A DNA stretch of 61,227 nucleotides from Hydrurus foetidus. Taxonomy: Eukaryota. The notes beneath the pieces are model-generated. The model ran no database searches. It had not been told where the DNA came from and saw only the letters and a program-made list of their open reading frames with translations. Both the position numbers and the translations under genes were made by a program. Position 1 is the first letter of the stretch. Each line of letters begins with the position of its first letter. Where the stretch lies: contig UYFQ01000521.1 of assembly GCA_900617105.1 (NCBI GenBank), positions 1-61,227 of the forward strand, given 5' to 3'. This document shows positions 1 through 11,982 of the stretch, in pieces.

Positions 1-1270
1 GTTCCTATTAACTCGAAAGGTTAACGGAATAGTATGACATTCACTCTCATAAGAATGAAGTTTGGCCTTGGCGATATGTTGAAGTCAAGGGCAGGATCGA
101 AAGAACGAGAGCCTGATGTATATATATGAACAAATGTATGTATGCATATGTATCATTTCCCTAGAATATCACATTGGTTTGTTCGAGAGTCGTGCCAATC
201 AACGGTGGAAGGCAATAGATATGGCGTACTAGAGCCTATATTTCTTCTTGAATATTGCATAGCAATTTTCCATCATGAAGCTGCGTAAGATTCCTCGGAT
301 CAAACTTTTTATTTTTTATTTTTTATTTGTATTTTTGAATCATATAAACAGGATCGAACGTACGAGAGCCTATTGAATTCAATGTATTCCCGCGGAATAT
401 TGTTTTGTTTCGCTTCAGCACTAAGCTTTAAGCAACACCAAAACGAAGGTTGTGAGGCAAAGCCTTGTCCCCTTTTGAATATTGCCTAGCAATTTGTTCT
501 CAGCAGTATACTCTGATAAATATCTTTTCCATTTTTATTTTATGAGCGCTGAGTCCATAACTCTGCATGATGATATCGCTTTAATCGAGAAATTGTTGCA
601 AACGATTCTCTAGGATATGAGAGACAATTATGCAGAGGGGCGATCGTGTCTGCCTCCGAATTCTCTGTGTATCTTCTGTCAAAAGACATGCAGAAATCAC
701 CTGCTGACACAATGATATATCTCCTCGGAGAAATATGATTGTAACTCATCGAAGACAGAAGCCCCTCGTCAAAAAAAATTGCGAGGGCTTCGCCTCGTTG
801 GTCAAAAGGGTCCTTTGCGTTAGGAACAACGAATAAGTTGGTTTCAACCAACTCTTGTTGAGAAAATCTCTTAGGCGTGGAAGCCAAATTTTGAGTGGAG
901 AAAATTTTTGGTGTCCGTAAAGGATGAAGGAAGTAATTCCCACCAGCCAAAAGAAGTCCTTATACTAATTTGGTGTCGCTAGCAATGAATCTAATGTTCA
1001 AATTGCAAACCGACGAGTTTGAGAATGTCGAGTGGTGAAGGCTTTCGCGAATTCAACCAACTACGAACTTTGGAGACACCAACAATGGGTTCGAAGAGGA
1101 AAGAGGCTAAGCCCAACTTTCGCTAACTTAAACTAAGTTCTTGGAGCGTAGCTCAGCAAGAATTCCGACTCCGAAGATGTCGTGAGTAATAATACTCAGG
1201 TGTTGGAAGTAGTAACTAAAGTTTGGACGAGTAGAGGGAATTAGAGGTAGTAGAAATTTTCCCCGAGGAT

Positions 1271-1282
1271 AATAGATCTATT
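1271..1282 (-). other. Palindromic PBS-position motif AATAGATCTATT
   Basis: Perfect 12-bp palindrome overlapping the last base of the inferred LTR. Confidence 0.6.
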
Positions 1283-1486
1283 GTGGTCGGGAGAGATGCA
1301 GAAAGGGGTCGAGGAGTGGTGGCTTTCCACAGAGTCTATGCTAGAAGCTAGTTAATCCCCGGGTGGACGCCGCAGATGGTCACGACGGATACGCCGTTCA
1401 ACTGTAGTGCGTACAGCAGTAGTACCCGGCAGATCCGGCAGAGTCGGCACCCGGTAAAGATCGACGCTGGACCCGGTACTATCACA
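1282..1486 (-). mobile_element. Probable 5' LTR (205 bp) of a truncated gypsy-type element (Gypsy-0)
   Basis: On the minus strand it starts TGTGATAG and ends CGACCACA, like the Gypsy-3 LTR (TGTGACCC...GGCCACA). It interrupts a transposase frame right after CIDGNTR and is followed by the same type of 12-bp palindrome as the two complete gypsy elements. No second LTR or pol in the window, so LTR status is inferred. Confidence 0.55.
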
Positions 1487-1870
1487 CCTAGTATTGCCGT
1501 CGATGCATCCATGAGTAACCAACTGATATCGAATCAGTTTGTGATGTCCATCCATATGCCAAAGGTGGTGCGGTCCAGCAACATTGTACACACGCCTGGA
1601 ATCTTTAAATTAATGATCTCAGAATTTTGTCTAAGATGTTGAGCATGGTTACCTGATAATTTGTCTACTCAAAAATTCTCCACGCGCGACGACACCATCT
1701 TCATCGACACGATGCATGGTGTCACGAAGCTGCTGCCGGGTGAAGAGCATTCTCGAGCGAGAACGCAAGTCGCCTTGTATCATCCTCTCACCCCTCTCTG
1801 GCTTTAAAAATGTACATCACCCGACGATATGGTCAGCTTCCTCCTCCTCAAAGTCCTCGAGGTCCTGGGT
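1487..1870 (-). pseudogene. Fragment of an rve/IS3-type (IS3EU-like) DDE transposase
   Basis: Minus-strand translation gives PERGERMIQGDLRSR...RQQLRDTMHRVDEDGV and YNVAGPHHLWHMDGHHKLIRYQLVTHGCIDG, the motif string of eukaryotic IS3-like integrase-core transposases. It contains stops and is truncated by the LTR at 1486. Confidence 0.65.
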
Positions 1871-2764
1871 CAAAGCAGAGGTGAAAGGGACACTCAAAAA
1901 GATGTTTGAAAACCAGATGAAATCGGAATTCTATAAGTAGGAAAATTCTTGCAAATTTCGCGAGAGTTTTATTACTGTGTCGCTTTAGTTTAGTGAGCTG
2001 TGGGAAAACAGAATGCATGCAGTGACTTTGTCGTCGAAATATTTGCAACCTCTCAAGTGTCGACTTCAATGAATGAAGCAGAGATTGCTCAAAATATGCT
2101 AACCTATCATCCAATTCGTACCTGGTAGCCATTTCCATGCCTTTACTTCAGCAGGGTCTTCGTCAAGGTCCCGAGATGATGACTTACCTGCGTCAAGTTA
2201 GCGAAGTTGATCAACTTTGCCAGCTGTTGTCTCGAATGGGGGGCTGCCTCCGTTCATGAGAATTTCCCCAAGATTCAGCGACCTCTGTGGTCTCACAGAG
2301 AAAAAGGACTGTGAAGTTCTTCGTGTAATTGATGCAGCAAATCAGGAGCAAAGTTACCTGATGAGCAGCAGTGAAGCTCCTATCTAACTGTCAAGTATCC
2401 GTGTATTGCAACGTACTGCTGTACTACTGTGAGATGTGAGATGCGAACGGTCATCTTTCTCTCGATCATCTCTCTTCTCTCTCTCTATGACGTCCGACAT
2501 TTTTCGTATCAACAAAAAAACCGGCGTGCAAAAATTGTTGTTGAAGAAAAAATATTGTCGGAAAAAATTCAGGGGTTGAGTTTTCAATTTCGCAAAAAAT
2601 CTAGGGGTTCGACATGGCGCGCCATAACAGTAGCTTCAGAAAATCTACTTTTCGGCCATTTCCGAAATCTAGCGGATTTGACCGGCGTTAGCGGCCCACT
2701 AGAAATTTGGCGGGGACCCGGAAAATCATCGAATGGGCTCTAACTTTTTAACGGTAGTTCCGGT

Positions 2765-3098
2765 TGTTGACGGATCTTCGGTTTGGGTCACACGTACGGC
2801 TCTCGTTGTACAGTGGTTGAAGATCGCTCGGTCAAGACTCGTGGAATAAGCTTTGTATAAGCAGTAAGCACCTGTTAATTGACTGTGCTTCATCCCTGCT
2901 GAAGTCCCCGAGTCTCCTTCAACGCAACAACAAAAGTCATTTCTACTCTACGCTTGAAGTACAGCGACGATGCACGGGTCCCTTCATCGTCGACACGCAT
3001 GTACGCACACACACACGCACACAAATTAATCCGTACGTCTGTACGAATGCATAAGTACACAGATTGTGTCCGTGTCATAAACTACGATATCTCCAACA
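2765..3098 (-). repeat. Copia-1 3' LTR
   Basis: Direct repeat of 7525-7858; one substitution seen by eye. Confidence 0.97.
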
Positions 3099-3160
3099 CA
3101 CCCCTATGCCACATCACAATCATTACTATTCACGCATCAAGCATATGTTGTTATAATAAT

Positions 3161-6100
3161 CTAATCTACTGTCGTTGTGTCCCAGCCCGTAAGCCCTTGT
3201 CTTTCGCACTTGAATTGTGGACCCTGCAGCGGCTTCGTCAGAAGGTTCGCATACATCTCCCTCATCTTGAGGTGTCTCACTCTCGCCTCTCCTTGGTCCA
3301 CCCGCTCCTTGAGCCAGAAGTATCTAATGGTGATGTGGCGTGTGCGCTCCGCCGCTGACCGTCCTCTCTCGATAAGTGACATGCACGACATGTTATCCTG
3401 ATACATCGTCACCGGTCCGCACGCATGTCCTTGTCCGATGATGAAGTGTCTCAGATGAAGTGCTTGGTTAGTGGAGTCAGATAATGCAACAAGTTTGGCC
3501 TCCGTGCTCGACTTAGTGACGATCTGCTGCTTTGCCGACTTGCACCCTCATCCCCATCACCACGCAGCTTCCTGTGTGTGATCGCCCATCTGGATGCACA
3601 CCGTACGCAGCGTCAATGAGAACGCTAACCACGATCCCCTTCGCACCAGCCTCGAACACTACTCCTCTGTCCTTCGTCTCGTTCACGTATTTCAGTAGTC
3701 GCTCGAGCTTTGCAAGGTCATCCACACTGCTCCTAGTCACGCGTGTTGCCAGGTACGCCACAGCCGTGAGGCAGTCCGGCCTCGCACGCTTCGCCAAGTA
3801 AAGCATCTTCGGCACTGTGGAACTTTACTCGCTGCTCCTCAGTCGCCATGTCACTGTCGTCCCTCACGTCGAACAAGCTCGCCGTAGCCAGGGTCCTCGC
3901 AACCCCTGTCGTTCCGCTTTCCCTCCACATATCCGGTCATCGACACGCGTGCTACACCTGTAGTAGTAAAATCGAACACCATACCGAGATAATTCACAAT
4001 ATCTCCATACCTTTCTATCAGACCAGCTGACACTGACTCAATCATTTTACCATTTGCACTAGTGATCATCAGGTCATCTACGTTTGCACCCCATACTCGT
4101 CATGCTTGTTAAAGACACACATTGGGTGAGTATCCCAGATCGAACAGGCTTGCCCTCAGGTTCTCGTACCACAATGCGGCTGACTCCACACACCCGTATA
4201 GTGCCTTTTCCAACCTCACCACGATGTATAACTTATGATTTGTGTATTGCGCGTAGTGGGGTGCTAGTTTGATCATTATGCTCGACATGTTCCTGTTAAA
4301 CCTCATGTGCACCGCCAGTCCTGTGTCCATGTCCGAGTTGAGGAACGCCCAACTGATGTCGATCACTGTGATCGTCCGATTCTCGTGTTCCGCTATGCTG
4401 AGCAGTGTGAACACCGAGCTCGTCGCTACCGTTGGTGCAGATAGGTCGTTGTACAGGTCGCGGTCCTGCTGATTTCCTCCTGCGACCAGTCGTGCCTTCA
4501 GCTCATCAAACTCTCCACTAGCCAGGAATTTCTCCTTCAGGAACATGCTCGACCTGAAGATGCGATGCTTCTCCACTCCTGATAGTCCAATCACATCGAC
4601 TGGTCCCCACACCTTCTTGTCGATCATCTGCTTAAGCTTCTTCTCTATCACACTCAGTGCTGCATCACCCCTCGCTCTCAGCGCCTCGTTCACTGATATG
4701 TTCAGTACTTAGTCGCCCCAGTCTGTACCATCACCGTCATAGTCGCGAGTTAGCAGTGCGGTCCCGCTACCGTTCCTGAAAAAGTTCATTACCTCGTGTC
4801 TACTTACGCAACAGCGCGGTGCTGGTGCGGCCAGCAGTTCCGTAGCTCGGCTCACTGAATCTCTGGCGTCGCTATACTCGTACCGAATCTCACCGGCCGA
4901 AGTATAGCTCTCTGGTACGCCCCTCTCGTCCAATCCCTCCTCGGGGTCTCCGACGGGGCCTCGTGGTCCCGCTCGCATCTTATTCATACTGTCGACCAGA
5001 TCGTCCATGTCGTTATCACACTCATTTGTTCGTATATCTGGTTTGTCCTCTTCATACAGCTCGATGTCATCATTCGGGTCCGGCTCATTCGATGCTCCAC
5101 CGCTGTCATACTGTTGCACTTCAGGTTCGCCCCCACCGCCCTGATGCAGCTCACCGTCATACCCCGGGTATACTACCACCGCTGTCCATTTCCGTAATCC
5201 GGCCGGTTCGTAGTTCAGCCTGGATATACAGTACAGTACGAGCATGGCGATACCCACTGTCGACAGCGTGAACGGAAGGTAGTATGCTACATGACATCGC
5301 ACCAGTTCTCTAATGATTTGGATTTTTCTTTCAATTCTGGCGACGTGGCCGCCGGCTCCACTTACGTCAACTTCCACTCCAACGCTCGTCGACAAGGCTC
5401 TTAACAGCTCCCTCTCCGTCGCTCATGACCACGGATGTCCAAAAGTTCTGCGCAGCGAGGACTGCGATGAAGTGGCTGATTTTGATCTTTACTTGGGCTG
5501 CTGTCCTTGCTGGCTTCTTTAGATCTGCTGTGTTTAGGCTATATGCAATAGTTCGTCCTAGTGGTGTAGATACCCCAACTAAAATCTCTAGTTTGTCAAT
5601 AACCATAATGTCGATTGACAACATCTGATCCCTTTGAACTAGTTTCGCGCTGACTGTAATATCAGCGATAGCGGTAGCTCTCTTCACTGTTTTCCCTTTT
5701 AAAAAAGCTATATCTTTGCCCCATATCGCATCAGCGACCTGAAAGTCACTCGCTGTAACGTCGAAGTTGCTCCCACTGTTCACGATCGACATCGCCTGTT
5801 CCACCGTCGGAAAGCCCGTTCTAGCTAGCAGTTCGCGAGCTCGTCTCGCCTGCTCGATCTCTCATTTCGTGAACGACTTTAGATTCTCCACTACGGTAGT
5901 TACCAGCGCTGTCTCGTGCTCGACATCTCGCCAGTCGCACGAGTAGAACCTTCCCTCACTTCCCACAACTCGCTTCCTTCCGAATCGGTATATCCTCTTG
6001 CTACTCTTCGGTTGAAGGGTAAAGCAATCCCTCAGGTGATCATATCTTATTGACGCTCCCGAGTCGATCTGCGATGCGAACGACAAGATATTCGCTGACG

Positions 6101-7500
6101 CCGCACTGCTGTAGTACACTGTTCCGAACTCCCCGAATTCGCCTTCCCGATCCACGCCCACCCCTCCTCCTTGTTGGATTCCGCTTACTCGAATCGTTGA
6201 CTCCGACTTCCTCAGGTCAGTAAGTAGTTCAGCGTTGTTAAAGATGTTGAGCGAGGCCTCGTTGTCTAGTAGAACGTCGTCAGCAACATATCTCGTCTCC
6301 AGTGACAAGGGCTATGCCCCATTCGCTTGACTCTCCTTCGTAATCTTCGTCAGACTCCGCCACTGTCACGTGGACTTTTTCTGATGACGACGATTTCTTC
6401 TGCGGGCAGTTCCTCGCGTAGTGTCCCATGGTTTCGCATTTGAAACATTCGATGTCTGCTAGGGATTTCTTGCCGCCGCCTCCGGTTTTCCCCGCTTTCT
6501 TTTCCGGGTCCTTGGCGGCTGTGACGTGGACACTCTCCTCTGTTACGTACGCCGCGTTCGCACCCGCTGGTGCTGGTGTGGGTGCGGAGGGAGGGGCTCG
6601 GTCATTCCACTCAGAGGATATGTGGAAGGCTAGTGCGAGTGTGTTGGGGAACGCGCCCGGTTTGCGGCGTAGGGCGTCGTGCTTCATGTCGTCCAACATG
6701 ACCTTGTACCGTCGAGTGTCGAGTTTCCCAAGGAAGTAGTCCAGCGCTCGCTTGGACTCGGTCATTTCGGCGATCCCCACGGCTGCATTAGCCGTTACCT
6801 GTTCATCGAATCTATTCTTGAAAGTGACGATATGCTCTCGCCCACCTTGCCTCATAGAGCCGTACTTACTCACCTGTTCGTGTTGATTGTACTCTTGCAG
6901 TGCCTCTACACCTCCATACATATGTGTGAGGTGAGTTCTTCTGATAAGTGGCCACAGTAGAACACAATCCAGAGTGTCGTACGCGGTCTTGAAGTCCTGT
7001 TCTTCTCTGACCCTGCTCTGTGATTGTAGCGACATGCGCTTCCACATCATAGGGTACATTGTACGTTCGTTCTCCTTTTGAGTTTTTAGGTCTTTCTTCC
7101 TCTGGATGTAATCATTTTCTTTGAATTTTGCTCTCGAGCGTTCCGACGCTTTACATCTCCTTTCGTTCCTCGCCAGCCTAGCGGTGACGCGAGCAGGTCT
7201 CGCAGCGGCGTGCGCTGCGGCCTGTGGGTCAACTGCTGGCACCGGTTGGCCCTCTACCGCCTCTTCCTCTTCTTCAGAGCTGGAGCTTTCCGACGATGAA
7301 TCTGCAGGGTAATCCCTGTATGAAACTCTCAGAAGCTCATATCTCACGTTTGTGGTGAAGAACATGCCCACTATCCCGTATAGTTAGGTCACGACCGTCT
7401 GCATGTGCTCTCTCCATTTGATTATATTGTTGTGTTTGCCGTATTGAAGCGTACACTCCTCTGTACTTTTCAAAGCTTCTGCGGCGCGTTTAGGAGGCAT
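3161..7500 (-). pseudogene. Copia-1 gag-pol, broken by frameshifts, stops and deletions
   Basis: Fragments at 6280-7371 (gag with zinc knuckle), 5862-6308 (protease), 4709-5804 (integrase, partly deleted), 4109-4693 and 3851-4069 (RT), 3161-3815 (RT C-terminus and RNase H). Confidence 0.93.
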
Positions 7501-7514
7501 TAGAATGCCTGTGG

Positions 7515-7524
7515 CAGTCAATTA
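7515..7524 (-). other. Copia-1 PBS position TAATTGACTG, complementary to CAGTCAATTA in its own LTR (7636-7645)
   Basis: Directly abuts the 5' LTR; 10/10 reverse complement of an LTR-internal site; no TGG tRNA-acceptor signature. Confidence 0.8.
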
Positions 7525-7858
7525 TGTTGACGGATCTTCTGTTTGGGTCACACGTACGGCTCTCGTTGTACAGTGGTTGAAGATCGCTCGGTCAAGACTC
7601 GTGGAATAAGCTTTGTATAAGCAGTAAGCACCTGTTAATTGACTGTGCTTCATCCCTGCTGAAGTCCCCGAGTCTCCTTCAACGCAACAACAAAAGTCAT
7701 TTCTACTCTACGCTTGAAGTACAGCGACGATGCACGGGTCCCTTCATCGTCGACACGCATGTACGCACACACACACGCACACAAATTAATCCGTACGTCT
7801 GTACGAATGCATAAGTACACAGATTGTGTCCGTGTCATAAACTACGATATCTCCAACA
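7525..7858 (-). repeat. Copia-1 5' LTR
   Basis: Direct repeat of 2765-3098; the gag ATG (7500) lies 25 nt downstream on the minus strand. Confidence 0.97.
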
Positions 7859-8574
7859 CCGGTTCCAAGTGGTGTCAAGAACCAAGTCGGAATAAAAAAC
7901 CTGGTTGGATTTTGGTAGCTACGAGAACATTAAAATGAAAATTTTTCAAAAACCCTTTTTGAGTAGTGTCCCCCACTAAACAAACAGTGGTGCATCCATT
8001 TCTGAAGTCAGAAATTCTCAATTGAATTTTTTGCTTTCATTTCCCACAGTTTCAGAAGTGCTGAACTCAAATTCGATTACAAACGTGTTTTCGAAGAAAG
8101 TTAGTGACAAAATCGAATCCACAATAAGACTTAAAACGGAAGAGTTCTTGAGATACAATGACTACAGTCATAAACTTGGGTGTTTCCACGGTTTTCAGAC
8201 GTGATTTTCCACTGACTTCGTGGGGAAACACCCAAATTTATGACTGAAGTCATTGCATTTCAAGAACTCTTCTGTTTTAAGTCAAATCTTTATAGGTCTA
8301 CACTAATTCAATTATTGTAGATTCGATTTTGTCACTAAGGCCGATCCTTATCGTCTGAAAAAAAGAAACCTAAAATGCAAATTTTAGACGGATTTTTAAA
8401 TTATGCAATTCTTATCGACCCAATTTTCTCCATCCATTTTTTTACGTTCAAAAAACTTTTCGGATTTAGAAATCTTACCGGAGTGTCCACGTATTTTCTA
8501 GGTGCCTGAAATGTCATCTGAAATCTCATAACAGCAGTGATATAGGTGCAGCAGATTACAAAAATCGAAGCATT

Positions 8575-10447
8575 GTGATGGTGAAAGGCAATAAATCTAC
8601 CGCTGCAAAGCCAAATGCGGCTGTCAAAAAACATGTGAAACCTTCAGCAAAAGCTCGCTCCACTTCCTCGTCGTCCTCTTCATCCTCATCATCATCCTCC
8701 TCGCCGCCCTCTTCTGCAATGGTGGAATCGAATGCGGAAATCTCTCCAGTAGCGACAACAGTGGGACTTGTTCGAAGACTTCATTTTATATTGGATCCTG
8801 ACGAGCAGGCATCATATCGGAAGTTCATTTCCGAGATTAAACAGATCTCTGCGTTGGTCATTTTAGTCACAGGAATCGCAGTGCAAGAGTTAAAAGTTGT
8901 ATCTCAGAAATCTCAAGATCTCTTTTTTTCAAAGGGCCTTCAAAAGAGTTACGATGATTTATGTCGAGATGTCATTCTTGGTAAAAGAGTCAGTACTCTT
9001 CCATTTAAATTTCTGAACATCGGAACCGGACGTGCGAAGGAAATCATGACTGGAACCAAACTAAGAAAGAGATACAGCGCGATGAAAAGTTACATGAACA
9101 ATACTCTCGCTCCACTATGGCGTCGGTAAGAATTTTACAGTTTACAGATAGATAAATAGCAGCCCAATGGTTTAATCAATATCTATGATTCATCATATTT
9201 TGTCCCGCTGGTCATTCACCATCTGGCCGATCGAAAGAAGACATGTTAAACGAAGTGAGGAGAGAAGCATTCTCTATGCGAAAAACAAAGAAAAGTACAA
9301 TCGAAGACGAGAAGGACGAGGATGAGGATGATGAGGAGGGAGACGAGAATCCAAGCAACTCTTGCCCTCTATCAGCTGATGCATGGATATCGTGGTATCC
9401 CCAAGAATGGATTGGATGGGTGATGTACGGAACGCCATGCGATAAACCAACTCATCATTGGGTGACTCAACTTATCAGTGAAGGACCAACTGACGAACCG
9501 ACATATCATGAGGATGAAATGGGAAAGAAACCGAGCAAGAAACCCCCCGGAAGGGTGTTACAAAGGGAACGCGCCAACAATGATACTACTATCTCAAGAG
9601 TGAGCTCAGATTCCAACACGATGCTGTCTCATAGAATAGTACAGAGCGACAGAGAAGTGAGAATTGTTCAGAGTGCTCATGATTTGAAGATGATCAATAT
9701 TCTGAGAGCAAATGCGGTTACGGATGAGAAATTACAACAAGTGAATGAGCACTACGAAGAATTCTTATTGAATGAATCTGAACTATTGGGTGAGCGCATG
9801 AGAGAAAAAAGAGCTCTTCGTGAGAAGAAACAGTCGGATGAAAAAGCCAAGAAAGAAATGGAAAATAATAAACCCAGTAAAAGAGTCCTACCTATTCCAT
9901 CCCCCATCAACACTACTCTGGAAAGTAACCCCAACAACACTCTCACTGTAGCTACTCCATCTGAAAATGACATCCTCTATCCTCTCGACTACCGACATAA
10001 TGATGATAGCCCCTACAGTGGTCTGCAATATGGAAGAGAATTCTGCTCTCAGATGGACTTCTCACAAGATAGAGAAGAAGATGATAATAATGCTCAGCCA
10101 TCCGCATCATCAATTTCCAAACCAATCATGGACTTCTCCCTCATTTGTAACAGCCGTGTTCGTACCACTTCATCTGTTGCTCCCAAAAGTGGTCGTCCTC
10201 ACCTCCCGTGGAACCACCATCATCAATACTTACACGCAGTCGTTCACCTGCAGCCCCAAATCCTTTGGTGAATCCTTATCGCGGCAAAGACTGGGAATAT
10301 ATCAATACCGCATTACATCGCAAATTTCCCATGGAGGAGCCAGGTCTTATCTGGATGAAAGACTTCTCTTTTTGTGAAGATTCCCAAGATTTATGTGACC
10401 TAGAAGATTTAAAGAAAGGCGAGTTGGAAAATGACAAAACATGCTAA
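8575..10447 (+). CDS. Harbinger accessory protein (putative Myb/SANT-like DNA-binding partner), intron-containing, probably frameshifted near the 3' end
   Basis: ORFs 8575-9129, 9243-10271 and 10208-10447 lie inside the TIRs, opposite the transposase; GTAAG donor at 9126. Myb/SANT identity is inferred from PIF/Harbinger architecture and a TGTKLRKRYSAMK helix. Confidence 0.6.
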
Positions 10448-10680
10448 ATGACAATGATATGGATCAAGAAATTAAAGTTTGCTCTCAAGCGTTCTATGGG
10501 CGTATCAGACACTGATTCTGATAGTGGTTCTGATAATGATTCGGTGTATGTTGGAGAAGGTGAAGCAGATATGTAGATATTAATTTTTTTCACTTACAAA
10601 ATTATTTAAAAAAAATAGCACATTCCTTATCGTAGCATCCAAAAAAAACCACCCAAAAAAACAACTTCAAATTTAATAAT

Positions 10681-11982
10681 TTAGATAGTTAACCAACGTA
10701 TTTTACCATTTAACCATTGCACGTCGAAGTGTTTGATTAATTTCTTTTGTAGCAATGTATGTTCATTAGTAATTTCTACTTCAACATCACTATTAAGGGA
10801 GTTAGCAAAATTAATATTATTCATGTTGTAAGTCAAATAGCCACAACTGGAATGATCGATATTATTTTCCAATGTTCTTACCACGCGACGTTTATTACGA
10901 TCAGGACATATTTGCTCATCTTCATCATTGTGACAGTTGTGTAGTTCTGATTTCCATCTTATATCATATCCATCAAATTCATGCAGCATATTATGTAATA
11001 TAACACAAGAATATACTGCATTATCAATGTCACTTTTGCGATGCCATGTGGCAGCATTCTTCAGGAACTGAAATCGTTTCTTGAGGATACCAAATGAACA
11101 TTCCACATCCTTTCTAACACTCTCTGCTCGCTCAGACCACCGCGTAGACTTTGCATCGAGAGAGAATTTGAATGGGTTTTGCATAATTCTCCACTTATGA
11201 TAGCCACCATCTACCAATAAATATAGCCCCTTCTCCAGAGCCCATTTCTTGTCCGCTTCCAGATACTTGAATTCAGTTTGCGTGTACAGTGGGTCATACC
11301 TTACCTTGTTAACGAAGCCATCAAATTTGACGATAGTCATATCTGATGTTGTACCATAGTGTCCAATGGTCGTAGCTTGAAAACGTTTAGTATGATCCAC
11401 TGTCATCTCATATGCAATAGATGCATAGCTGTTCTTTCCATTCTTGTAAGAGTTGAACCACAGTGAGGGACACATTTCCCATCTAATGTGAACGCAGTCA
11501 GTAGATCCAATACATCCTGGAAAACCATCAGCTGCATATAAAGATGTCACAGAATTTAATTCATCTGTATTCCTTGGTCCATGGACATGGATTGGATACA
11601 TTTCTTGAGTAAATTTGTAAATGAATTGGTAAGTCCATTTCCTATGAACCTCACTAGATACGCCTGATAGCTCATAAAGTAGATCCCAGCTACATCCTTT
11701 CCCTAGAATGCGTAAAGTCCCCAAAAGTTTCAGACAGACTGGTGGATTTTCCCTCAAGCAAATGTCGTATTGTTTCTGTGGGAACCACTTTTCGGCAAGC
11801 AGTAATAGCTGCTGATACAATTCATAAGGCACGGTGAACCTATTGCGAAAGAATTTCGAATCCCTTGAATCAAGATCACTGAAATTCCTCTGCAAAAATA
11901 GATACCAGCAACTCTGTTTGAAATTCTCTCTAGTATATACTTTTCTAGTCCTAAGTGTCCCATCCCTTTTCCTTCCCACCAT
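10681..11982 (-). CDS. PIF/Harbinger DDE transposase (433 aa)
   Basis: Motifs FPGCIGSTDCVHIRW, YLLVDGGYH and ESVRKDVECSFGILKKRF supply the D-D-E triad. Confidence 0.95.
   Translation of the reverse strand: MVGRKRDGTLRTRKVYTRENFKQSCWYLFLQRNFSDLDSRDSKFFRNRFTVPYELYQQLLLLAEKWFPQKQYDICLRENPPVCLKLLGTLRILGKGCSWDLLYELSGVSSEVHRKWTYQFIYKFTQEMYPIHVHGPRNTDELNSVTSLYAADGFPGCIGSTDCVHIRWEMCPSLWFNSYKNGKNSYASIAYEMTVDHTKRFQATTIGHYGTTSDMTIVKFDGFVNKVRYDPLYTQTEFKYLEADKKWALEKGLYLLVDGGYHKWRIMQNPFKFSLDAKSTRWSERAESVRKDVECSFGILKKRFQFLKNAATWHRKSDIDNAVYSCVILHNMLHEFDGYDIRWKSELHNCHNDEDEQICPDRNKRRVVRTLENNIDHSSCGYLTYNMNNINFANSLNSDVEVEITNEHTLLQKKLIKHFDVQWLNGKIRWLTI

Larger units (their letters stand above)
2765..7858 (-). 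mobile_element. Ty1/copia LTR retrotransposon (Copia-1), defective
   Basis: 334-bp TG...CA direct repeats at 2765-3098 and 7525-7858; 5-bp TSD CCGGT at 2760-2764 and 7859-7863; PPT-like GGCATAGGGGTG next to the 3' LTR; domain order gag (CFKCETMGHYARNC), PR (LLDNEAS), IN, RT (KARLVAGG, LEKALYGCVES), RNase H (YQDN, RTRHI). Confidence 0.97.

Noticed and set aside
88..500. Repeated short blocks (CAGGATCGAA...ACGAGAGCCT; TTGAATATTGC.TAGCAATTT)
   Set aside because: Only two degenerate copies of each, with no CRISPR-like repeat-spacer regularity; probably an old local duplication.
2890..3078. Identical short ORFs occurring twice (also 7650-7838, 27507/37946, 38181/43934)
   Set aside because: They lie within LTRs and are duplicated for that reason.
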